Source of the DNA: Candidatus Bilamarchaeum dharawalense
GTDB taxonomy: Archaea; Micrarchaeota; Micrarchaeia; Anstonellales; Bilamarchaeaceae
Direction: 5' to 3'
NCBI GenBank assembly: GCA_902386555.1
Contig: CABMJJ010000003.1
Location: 32,939-96,938, forward strand
Length of the DNA: 64,000 nucleotides
The translations under genes were made by a program, and so were the position numbers. Position 1 is the stretch's first letter. Every line of letters begins with the position of its first letter. This document shows positions 50,013 through 58,273 of the stretch, piece after piece. The notes beneath the pieces were generated by a model, which was given only the letters and a program-made list of their open reading frames with translations, did not search any database and was not told the DNA's origin.

Positions 50013-50972
50013 TCAATCCTCTCTTACTAGGGGTGCGGTGCAGCATCGTGGCGCACCTTGCCCGGTCAATATTCCATCAAAAGGTAATTCAATTACCTTG
50101 AATCCTAATTTTTTCAGTTGCAAATTTACATCATGAGACGCAGTGGTGGATATTACAGTTTCTGGATTTATAAAGAAAACATTGGTCCACCCATTTGCAT
50201 AATCTGTTTTTGGAACGATGATAACATTTTTGATACTCAAACGAGAGATAAGTGTTGGAAGCGAGGTTTGATCGCTGTATAGCTCAGGACATGCAAGCAT
50301 GGTTCGCATACCATTTCGACCACCAATGGTAGTGGTGTAATCCAAATGAAGTGCACCTGGTTTGAGAGGCACTTGAATTATTTCACGATCCAGATGGGAA
50401 TCGAGAGTTTGTGCTGCGTTTCTGTTAGTTCGATCACTAATACCAACCAGAACCACATCTGAAAAAACTAGGACATCACCGAACTCTACAACATCGCTTC
50501 TTTTCCACGGTGATTCTGCACCGGAAATGATGTTTATTTCACCTTGACGAACCGGAAAGCGAAATTTGGCTGCGAATGCCCGATCACCTATAACTGCAAT
50601 TGAATCTCTTTGATAAACCGCTTCGGGTAGATGGGGTTTTGGTTCTACCATAATAACATCAACCCCTTCACCAAGCAATGCTTCCACCAGAAGATTGTGT
50701 TCCATAAGAACCTGAGAAATTGGCGGAGGTTGGTGAGTACTCTCAACCTCGTTTATGGCGCTGTCTGGGGTCCAGCTAAGAAAATTCGGCGGGTGTACCA
50801 ACACTTTTTTCAACTGCCCATCTTCAGAATCACATTTCACTCTAACACCATGAAGATTAATGGTTTCCACAAGTGTGAGTTTGCTTGTTGGACCCAATGC
50901 TTTTTGGACTGGATGGGGACCAGAACAGGCAGGAAATTTTGTAGCGTGTGCTAAATTTTGCATTATTATCAC
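50013..50972 (-). CDS. Amidinotransferase / arginine deiminase / DDAH family protein
   Basis: [31 protein letters not shown] (catalytic Cys). Confidence 0.88.
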   Translation of the reverse strand: MIIMQNLAHATKFPACSGPHPVQKALGPTSKLTLVETINLHGVRVKCDSEDGQLKKVLVHPPNFLSWTPDSAINEVESTHQPPPISQVLMEHNLLVEALLGEGVDVIMVEPKPHLPEAVYQRDSIAVIGDRAFAAKFRFPVRQGEINIISGAESPWKRSDVVEFGDVLVFSDVVLVGISDRTNRNAAQTLDSHLDREIIQVPLKPGALHLDYTTTIGGRNGMRTMLACPELYSDQTSLPTLISRLSIKNVIIVPKTDYANGWTNVFFINPETVISTTASHDVNLQLKKLGFKVIELPFDGILTGQGAPRCCTAPLVRED

Positions 50973-51026
50973 TCGTTGTTTGAATACTTTCAGTTAGAGC
51001 ATAATGGGTTTATATAATTTTCGTCA

Positions 51027-51061
51027 TAAATGTTACAAACAGATAGTTAAATGTTACATTT
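51027..51061. promoter_or_regulatory. Putative operator: TAAATGTTACA direct repeat, second copy palindromic
   Basis: Copies at 51027-51037 and 51048-51058; AAATGT-T-ACATTT at 51049-51061; lies between divergent genes. Confidence 0.55.
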
Positions 51062-51075
51062 GGAACAGTGATGAA

Positions 51076-51672
51076 ATGAGAAAGGTATCTGAGTTGGTTT
51101 GGTTATATGTAAAGAGACGTCCATTTCTGAAAGAGATTATACGGGATGGGGCAGTAAATTTTTCTGCACTCGCAAGAAAAATATCCATTGATGCTTTTGG
51201 AAATAAAAAAAATCAGAATGCAGTAAAGATGGCATTAATCAGAATGAACAGTAGGCTTGCTAAAGTTGAAGACAGCTTAGAAGATAAGATCAATTACCTG
51301 TTGAAAAAAAGTTCAATGGTAATCAAAAACAAAGTGGTGGTTGTGATAGGCAAAAAAGAAATAGATGGTTTGAAACCGCTTTCCTATGCAAGATCAGGAC
51401 GGCATGTTACCTATATCCTTGAACAAAAAGATTTCGAGAACATACCAAAAAAGTTGATTTGGAAAAGCGAGGAAAACCTTAATCTGATCACAATTGAAAG
51501 CCCGGAAACTTTAGAAGAGGTGCCAGGTGTCATATCCCATATTCTAAGTGCATTGGCATCCGAGGGAATAAATGTGGTGGAATTGATTTCCTGCTACACG
51601 GATACAATTCTGGTTGTTAAACAGGCAGATACCGCAAGAGCCTACCAGATATTATCCGAGTTAACAGCATAG
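51076..51672 (+). CDS. ACT-domain transcriptional regulator (archaeal HTH-ACT type)
   Basis: NFSALARKI...AVKMALIR; EVPGVISHILSALASEGINVVELISCYTD. Confidence 0.85.
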   Translation: MRKVSELVWLYVKRRPFLKEIIRDGAVNFSALARKISIDAFGNKKNQNAVKMALIRMNSRLAKVEDSLEDKINYLLKKSSMVIKNKVVVVIGKKEIDGLKPLSYARSGRHVTYILEQKDFENIPKKLIWKSEENLNLITIESPETLEEVPGVISHILSALASEGINVVELISCYTDTILVVKQADTARAYQILSELTA

Positions 51673-51705
51673 TTTTTAAACACATTTTTACATGTTTTAT
51701 AATAT

Positions 51706-52365
51706 ATGAGGATAGAAAGAAGTTCGGAAACGCAATTGAACCGACAAAAATTTTCCAGATATATGGTACCACTGGCAGCAGGCCTGGCAATAGTTCTTTT
51801 TGCAGCAACTAGTAATGATAGGTTGCCTCCACGACCGAAGATCGAACACTCAGTGGTCCCCCCTAAAAGCACTAAACAAGAGGAACCAATGGGCCACAGA
51901 GTGACTGACTTCAGCGGAATCAAAAAACTAAAAGCAGAGGAACCTAGACCGGCAGAAATTGAAGACGAGGCACTTGCAAATAATACTGTAATGGTTATGG
52001 ACTTTGGTGAATATTCTGGTATTCCTCACGTCAAAAGAGTGACCGTGGAAGGAGTGGAGATGGAAATACGCGGGGACAGGGGAACGGAAACAATAGTGAT
52101 GGAATTCGGCCAGCCCTTTTATGTAAGTGTTATTGACTTGAGTCTTGATGGATATTATTCCATGCCCATGGAATTGGAAAGAGCAGGAGATTGGTATGAG
52201 GTAAAACCATCCTGCAAAGCTGCAACCATGTTTGTTATTTTTGGAAATGCATCTTCTGGATTGTTGCCCCATTGTCGCACGGGAATTGAAACAGAGGGAG
52301 GACCATTGGCAGAAAAAGAAATGACAAAAACAGTTATGACCAATCTTGAGATGAATTCCTGGTAA
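51706..52365 (+). CDS. Hypothetical membrane-anchored or exported protein
   Basis: Extended basic N-region plus hydrophobic helix. Confidence 0.65.
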   Translation: MRIERSSETQLNRQKFSRYMVPLAAGLAIVLFAATSNDRLPPRPKIEHSVVPPKSTKQEEPMGHRVTDFSGIKKLKAEEPRPAEIEDEALANNTVMVMDFGEYSGIPHVKRVTVEGVEMEIRGDRGTETIVMEFGQPFYVSVIDLSLDGYYSMPMELERAGDWYEVKPSCKAATMFVIFGNASSGLLPHCRTGIETEGGPLAEKEMTKTVMTNLEMNSW

Positions 52366-52376
52366 TTTTAAAAATT

Positions 52377-52556
52377 CGGGCCCGGCGAGATTTGAACTCG
52401 CGACCTACAGCTTTCCGCTTCCCTATGAAAAGATGTTTCTTTCCATGGGCACAGGAAACGTTGTTTCCTGCTGTTTGGAAAAAAGCGAACCAAAAATCGG
52501 TTTGCTATTTCCCAGATTAGAAGGCTGCCGCTCTATCCAAGCTGAGCTACGAGCCC
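52377..52556 (-). tRNA. tRNA-Arg(UCU) with a 105-nt intron at 37/38 (52413-52517)
   Basis: Spliced 75-nt sequence GGGCTCG TA GCTC AGCTTGGATA GAGC G GCAGC CTTCTAA GCTGT AGGTC GCGAG TTCAAAT CTCGC CGGGCCC G. Confidence 0.92.
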
Positions 52557-52712
52557 AAGATTAAATAAGTTTCAATCCTGCTTAACGAACCCGTTTTGGC
52601 TCCATCTTTTGCTAAAAGGTGAAAGCTACGAGTCCATTTGAGATCATACTAAGTAAAGTAATATTTAACAACATTAGTTTTCTGCAAAATTAGAAAAATA
52701 AAAGTAGGGGAA

Positions 52713-52796
52713 TTATTCGTCGTCTTCTCCCCAATCCTCATCCTCGAAGTCTTCGTCCTCATCGAAGTCTTCTTCTTCATCTACCCTAAGTATCAT
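52713..52796 (-). CDS. 27-aa acidic micro-protein MILRVDEEEDFDEDEDFEDEDWGEDDE
   Basis: ATG lies 1 nt after the stop of a similar upstream micro-ORF; below the ORF-track cutoff. Confidence 0.6.
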   Translation of the reverse strand: MILRVDEEEDFDEDEDFEDEDWGEDDE

Positions 52797-52797
52797 A

Positions 52798-52884
52798 TTA
52801 CTCGTCTCCTTCATCCCACTCGTCTTCCTCGGAATCTTCTTCGTCGTCTAAATCCTCTTCTTCGTCTATAGACATTGGTTTCAT
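52798..52884 (-). CDS. 28-aa acidic micro-protein MKPMSIDEEEDLDDEEDSEEDEWDEGDE
   Basis: AGGTAG RBS-like sequence and TTTAAAA upstream. Confidence 0.6.
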   Translation of the reverse strand: MKPMSIDEEEDLDDEEDSEEDEWDEGDE

Positions 52885-53117
52885 AGTATCTACCTGAGAG
52901 TTGATGGTATAACGTAAAAAGTCTTTTAAAGGTTCCCCATAATGCCCAAGCACAAATAAAAAGCTAAATGTGGCCAACAAACTATGGGAAAAGGCGCAAA
53001 AACAGATTTTGTATTCATTCGGACAAAGAATTGGAAGGAAATAGACAAAAAAATGAAACGGCTAAAATGTTTACGCAGCGGGGTTATTAGAGTAGAAAAA
53101 ACAGGGGTCACGATATT

Positions 53118-54119
53118 ATGTGCCCGTTCATAACATCGTTAATGATTCCGACCGGAGTGAAAGCTTCTGTCGGCGGGTACTTGGGTGACGCCACTCCGTT
53201 TGCAAATCTCATGGCTTCGATTTCTGATTATACAATAACACACCCCAATGTTGTAAACGGCGGGGTACTTAATCTTATGAAAGATAATATTCTGTACACT
53301 GAAGGAACGCTTTTTGACATGTTTTTCCGGGGAGAGATAACACTTACTCCATCAAAAGGAAATCGAATTGGTGTTGTGATTGAAAAAACCAGTGATAGGG
53401 GTGCAGTGGCATTGATAAAAAATACCATAAACGGATTGCACGCAGATGGGGGAGTAAGTGTTGTTGGAACTGAGATGACTGGGAGGATAGTTGGTGCCAA
53501 AGCACTGATAAAGGATGGGGTTGCCTATGGTAGCATAGCTGATCTGACGCAACTCGACAAACCAATAAAAAAATTAATTGCAGCTGGTGCGCAGAGCATA
53601 GCGTTGAGTATTAACATAGAATCTGATCCCAATCTATGGGAACAATATTACCAAGGAAAATTACCAAACCCGGTTGGTGCATTGGAAGCTGTGGTTTCTC
53701 ATTATGTTGTCAAAAAATACAGAATACCTGCAGCCCATGCTCCGCTTGTTTGTGAAAAAGATTGGAAGGTGAATCTTAGGGATAAAGAAGTGTTTTGGAG
53801 AGCTGGCGAAGAAGCCATATCCCCAGCCTACCTAGGGTGTATTTTAATTGGTCTTTCAAGAGCACCAAAAATATCAAAAAAAGGCGCGGGAGTTGGAATC
53901 GGGGATGTTTCAGCCCTGGTTGTTCCCCACTCTGCCTGCGGTGGAATACCTGTTTTCGAATGCATGAAGAGAAAAATACCAGTAATCGCAGTAAAGGAAA
54001 TAGCTACCAATTTGAATGTTACACCAAGAACCATTGGAATTAACGCCATTGAAGTGGACACCATGGATGATGCACTTGGAAAACTAATCGAAATAAAAGA
54101 AGGAATAAAATTAGAGTGA
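53118..54119 (+). CDS. DUF3326-like protein
   Basis: IPTGVKASVGGYLGDA, THPNVVNG, GALEAVVSH, PAAHAP, GCILIGLSRAP. Confidence 0.8.
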   Translation: MCPFITSLMIPTGVKASVGGYLGDATPFANLMASISDYTITHPNVVNGGVLNLMKDNILYTEGTLFDMFFRGEITLTPSKGNRIGVVIEKTSDRGAVALIKNTINGLHADGGVSVVGTEMTGRIVGAKALIKDGVAYGSIADLTQLDKPIKKLIAAGAQSIALSINIESDPNLWEQYYQGKLPNPVGALEAVVSHYVVKKYRIPAAHAPLVCEKDWKVNLRDKEVFWRAGEEAISPAYLGCILIGLSRAPKISKKGAGVGIGDVSALVVPHSACGGIPVFECMKRKIPVIAVKEIATNLNVTPRTIGINAIEVDTMDDALGKLIEIKEGIKLE

Positions 54120-56024
54120 TTATTTTAATCTTACAGCTTCCAGATCTCCCAGTGCACGAGAATCTTTTCTCATCATCATGCTGATGGAGCGGGCAAACTC
54201 TTCTGTTTTGCCCCAGTCACCATGCATGGTCATAATGCGTTCTGGAGTTGGTCGCAGATTTTTCAGATATGCCATGAGCTGTGCACGATCGCTGTGACCA
54301 GAGAAACCTTCGGCAGTCTCTACACGCATGTTAATATTGAGTGATTTCATCTTACCATCATCACCCAGAATAGGAAGCTCTTTCATACCCTGTTGGATTT
54401 TACTACCAAGCGAAAGTGCACTCTGATAACCAACAAATACAAGTGTATTATTTGGATTGTCAGCCATGAGTTTCAAATATTCATAGGATGGACCACCGGT
54501 AAGCATACCAGATGGAGCAAGGATAATTGCTGGTTCGCCATTAACGATTTCTTCTTTTGACGTTCCCTTGGCAACTTTTATCATTGGTGACTCGAAAGGA
54601 CTGCGGTCAGATAGAATTCTGCGCTGGAGTTGTTCGCGTAGATATTCAGGGTAGGCAGTGTGGATTGCAGATGCTTCCAAAATCATACCATCGATGTAAA
54701 TTGGAACATTGAAATCAGGCTCTCTTCTGGCAAGATCTTCAAGAACCAACAAAATTTCCTGGGATCGACCAACTGAGAAAACTGGTATGAGTACCTTTCC
54801 TCGTTTGGCAACGGTTTCTTTGATAATGCTAAATAGTTTTGTTTCACTGTCAAAGCGATTAACTGAAATGTCATTTCTGCCACCATAGGTACTTTCAATC
54901 AACAGAGTTTCAAGTCTTGGAAAATGAGTCGTTGCTGGATCGAATAATCTAGTAAAACCAAATTTTATATCTCCAGAATAGACAAGATTGTGTGCACCTT
55001 CACCAATGTGAAGATGGATGCTTGCACTTCCAAGAATGTGACCGGCATTGTAGAGAGTCATTTTTATTTCTGGTGTGATATCCACAACTTCTTCGTAATC
55101 AACAGTAATAACATTTCTGAGTTCTTTGTAGATGTCTTTTTTGGTATATGGTGCATCAACATTGAATGCTTTTTTGCAAAGGTTGATGTAGTCCTGTTGT
55201 AGAAGGACCATGAAATCTCTTGTTGGCGGTGTACAATAAACAGGTCCGTCATATCCGTAGGCATACAAATAGGGTAGGAAACCCATGTGATCCATATGTC
55301 CATGGCTAATGACAACTGCGTCGATTTCTTCAAGTGAGAATCCAGCCATGTTCAAATAGGGATAGGCGCGGGTGGGATCCGAGGTTGCCGTGTTGACACC
55401 AACATCTAGCAAAACCTTACTGTTTGGTGTTTGAACAAGTAGGCAGGATCGACCAACTTCCCTAAAACCACCAAGGGCCATAATCCTAATCCAATCTCCT
55501 GCTGGAGTTGGCTGGCATATTTTTTTACCGATATTAACTAAAAATTTCTTGCGCTCTGATGCTTCGAGAACATTTATTTTGCGAATACCATCGATGGTTG
55601 CGGATGGCATGGTAGGTGCACGTAGAGTCACCGGTGCCCATCGTGTCTTGAGCATTATTTCCTTGAGAATGGATCCTCCCTTGCCAATAACTAGACCGGG
55701 TTTGATTGCTTCGATTCGCACTTCACACATTTCCGGTACAAACGTGATGTTCTTTATTTCTGCTTCCTTTGGAACCGTGGATTCTATAAGAGCCTTGGCT
55801 TCGCCCATGTCAGTTAGTTCGCTGGGATCTACTCTGATGGTAACTTTTTTCTTAAGAGCGCTTGCCAATTCTTTTATCAAACGATCATTGGAATAGAAAG
55901 CTTCAATATTTCTTATGTAAATAACCGTGGACAGACCTTCTGGCTCAACCTTCGTAACCTCGCATTGGGGTGGCATGATTTCGCTTATTCGTTTTACAAT
56001 ATCTTTGTAGTGCAATGAAAACAC
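54120..56024 (-). CDS. fttA: aCPSF1/FttA beta-CASP ribonuclease with N-terminal KH domains
   Basis: KPGLVIGKGG, GGFREVGRSC, SHGHMDH, AGHILGS, ESTYG, GFSGHSD. Confidence 0.95.
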   Translation of the reverse strand: MFSLHYKDIVKRISEIMPPQCEVTKVEPEGLSTVIYIRNIEAFYSNDRLIKELASALKKKVTIRVDPSELTDMGEAKALIESTVPKEAEIKNITFVPEMCEVRIEAIKPGLVIGKGGSILKEIMLKTRWAPVTLRAPTMPSATIDGIRKINVLEASERKKFLVNIGKKICQPTPAGDWIRIMALGGFREVGRSCLLVQTPNSKVLLDVGVNTATSDPTRAYPYLNMAGFSLEEIDAVVISHGHMDHMGFLPYLYAYGYDGPVYCTPPTRDFMVLLQQDYINLCKKAFNVDAPYTKKDIYKELRNVITVDYEEVVDITPEIKMTLYNAGHILGSASIHLHIGEGAHNLVYSGDIKFGFTRLFDPATTHFPRLETLLIESTYGGRNDISVNRFDSETKLFSIIKETVAKRGKVLIPVFSVGRSQEILLVLEDLARREPDFNVPIYIDGMILEASAIHTAYPEYLREQLQRRILSDRSPFESPMIKVAKGTSKEEIVNGEPAIILAPSGMLTGGPSYEYLKLMADNPNNTLVFVGYQSALSLGSKIQQGMKELPILGDDGKMKSLNINMRVETAEGFSGHSDRAQLMAYLKNLRPTPERIMTMHGDWGKTEEFARSISMMMRKDSRALGDLEAVRLK

Positions 56025-56105
56025 CTCGAAATTTTATTTAATTTACTTGGATTACCTGGAGGTAATAAGTATTAGAGAGAGAACAAATTCAAAAAAACAA
56101 AAAGA

Positions 56106-56741
56106 TTATGCGTTCAAGAGTTTGGAGACTTCGTCTTTTGTAAGTCTCTTGAAACCGGATTTTGTGACCATGGTTAGGTCAACACGTTCACCACTTGCTG
56201 CGTCTCTTTTCATAGCAGCACTCACAGCCTTTGCAGCAATTGTGAGGTTGGTAGTGATATCCTTATCTTCCCGATAAAGTTCTTCAAGTACACCGTAGGC
56301 GATTGGAGAACCACTGCCTGTTGATGTAAGTTTTTCTTCAGTGACACCACCTAGCATATCAACTGAAAAAAGTCTTGGTCTTTCATCCATGCCGCCAATA
56401 AGCAGCTGGACAAAGAAGGGATAGAACTTATATTGAGTGAGTATATTTGCAAGTAAAGTTGCAGCTGCTTCCACGGTAGCTGGTTTCTCATTTTTAAGCT
56501 CGTAGAGTTTCAGTTCGGCAGTCATCCATCGGATCAATGTTTGAGCATCTCCGACGCCACCTGCAATGGTCATAGCAATGCGATCAGATACCTGATATAC
56601 CTTATCGATATCTTTGCTTGCGATAAGATATCCCATGGTAGCTCTTCGATCACTGGCAAGAACAATTCCGTCTTTACATACTAAACCGACTGTTGTGGTG
56701 CCGGTTTGTTTAGCTTCTTTTTGATTATCCATCAAAATCAC
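56106..56741 (-). CDS. psmB: Proteasome beta subunit
   Basis: Propeptide then G|TTTVG; ASDRRAT, TGSGSPIAYGVLE, RDAASG. Confidence 0.96.
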   Translation of the reverse strand: MILMDNQKEAKQTGTTTVGLVCKDGIVLASDRRATMGYLIASKDIDKVYQVSDRIAMTIAGGVGDAQTLIRWMTAELKLYELKNEKPATVEAAATLLANILTQYKFYPFFVQLLIGGMDERPRLFSVDMLGGVTEEKLTSTGSGSPIAYGVLEELYREDKDITTNLTIAAKAVSAAMKRDAASGERVDLTMVTKSGFKRLTKDEVSKLLNA

Positions 56742-56790
56742 TTCGGGAGAACAAGTAATGGATAGATGTACATGGGAGAATTTTTAAATG

Positions 56791-58173
56791 CTACCAGTGG
56801 CTCTCAGCGATCTGGTTGATTGCCAGTATTGCCCTGTGGGCATCGCTTATATTATTATAAAATGCAAATGAAGCACGAACTGCTCCTGGAAGCATGCTTT
56901 GGTCTCCACCGACTGTGCCAAGCATCATTGCCATCATATCCATAAATTCCGGTGGCTTCCCCAAGAATCTGGACATGAGAATGTGAGCACAGAAACACCC
57001 ATCCCGAACGCTGATGCCTTCTTGATCCAAGGCACGGGCAAATGCATCATAACGAAGATCTCGTGAATTAAACACGAATATGGGTATTCGTCCCATATAT
57101 CCTGCTGGCGAATGCATCACTATACCTGGAATTTTTTCAAGTTCATTGCCAAAATACTTACCTAGTTCTTCATCATGTGCAGCAATTCTATCCATCCCAA
57201 TTGCAGAAAGATAATCAAGTGCAAATCCCCATTCAACTGCTCCTTCGAGGTTCTGAGTACCTGGTTCAAATCGGTCTGGACTTCGTGAATATGCAGTTTC
57301 ATGCATTGATACTAATTGCACTGCACCGCCGCCACTTACCAGGTTTGTTAGGTACTCTTCACCACTTCCACTTATGAAAAATGCCCCAATGCCAGTTGGC
57401 CCATACATTTTATGTGCCGATACTCCTGCAAAATCAACATCAAGACGATCAAGATCAATTGGAATGTGGCCAGCAGATTGGGCCATATCAAGATAGATTA
57501 GAACCCTGTCACCCACCAGCTCGCGGATTCTTTGAACATTGTTAACAGTACCAGTTACATTGGAAGCATGAACAAGATTAAGTAGAATTGGACCATCAAA
57601 ACGCATTACAACATCTCTAAGAACATTCAGATCCAGAGCGCCATCTCGAGTCACTGGAATGATGGCAAATTTAACACCTGCTGCTCCAGCAAAATTACGT
57701 GCAGTTACTATTTGGGAATTGTGTTCGGCTTCAGTAGCCAAAACCAAGGTATCCCTACCATAGGCAAATCTAGTTGCTAGAAGGTTCGAAGTTCCAGTGG
57801 TTCCGCTAGTAAATGCGACATGATAGTTATGGGCATGGAAAAAGGCACTGATTTTTTCTTTTGCAGCATCATATTCCTCTTGAGCTCTGCGGGCTTCGGT
57901 GGTGTTTCTTGAATGGTTGCTACCTCGCAAATGGCTGAGCCGGTGCTCATGCATACGTTCAATGACAGCTACTGGCTCTTGGCTGGTTGCACCAGAATCA
58001 AGATAAACTCGTCTGTCTCTTTCAAAAAGTGGGAAATCTCTTTTTCTAATATCTTCTATATTTGGTAGAAGACCTGGAAAAAATTCTCCAACTCTCCCTT
58101 CTTTAACGATTCTTGGAACATCAATAAAGCCATTTACTAAGGGCGGCCTTGATACTGATTGCCTAGGATTCAT
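56791..58173 (-). CDS. SufS-like cysteine desulfurase (class V PLP enzyme)
   Basis: YLDSGATSQ, EHNS, SAHKMYGPTGIG, FEPGT, VRDGCFCAH, RASFAFYN. Confidence 0.9.
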   Translation of the reverse strand: MNPRQSVSRPPLVNGFIDVPRIVKEGRVGEFFPGLLPNIEDIRKRDFPLFERDRRVYLDSGATSQEPVAVIERMHEHRLSHLRGSNHSRNTTEARRAQEEYDAAKEKISAFFHAHNYHVAFTSGTTGTSNLLATRFAYGRDTLVLATEAEHNSQIVTARNFAGAAGVKFAIIPVTRDGALDLNVLRDVVMRFDGPILLNLVHASNVTGTVNNVQRIRELVGDRVLIYLDMAQSAGHIPIDLDRLDVDFAGVSAHKMYGPTGIGAFFISGSGEEYLTNLVSGGGAVQLVSMHETAYSRSPDRFEPGTQNLEGAVEWGFALDYLSAIGMDRIAAHDEELGKYFGNELEKIPGIVMHSPAGYMGRIPIFVFNSRDLRYDAFARALDQEGISVRDGCFCAHILMSRFLGKPPEFMDMMAMMLGTVGGDQSMLPGAVRASFAFYNNISDAHRAILAINQIAESHW

Positions 58174-58273
58174 GTGATATAATGTGGGTGCTAGTGTTTA
58201 TAAAGATTAATTTTAACAATACCCCTCTCCAAGCCGAACGAGTTTTTATAAAACATAGTGGAGAGTATCTGCC

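Noticed and set aside
32915..52487. Exact 19,500-bp offset between the identical blocks; a composite transposon or prophage bounded by them
   Set aside because: The intervening DNA is core genes (polD, rnhB, endA, folD) with no integrase or transposase; the round number is treated as coincidence
32912..52517. Box C/D guide RNAs inside the tRNA introns
   Set aside because: No RUGAUGA plus CUGA pair was found in any intron in the sense orientation
52624..52635. The tRNA 5' stub as a true exon or a trans-spliced half
   Set aside because: It would give an A3-C70 mismatch, and an intact 5' exon is already contiguous with the gene
52885..52980. N-terminal extension of the acidic ORF to 60 aa
   Set aside because: The RBS-like and TATA-like sequences fit the ATG at 52884; the extension spans the promoter
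54120..56741. psmB-aCPSF1 adjacency as novel
   Set aside because: Known conserved archaeal gene neighbourhood
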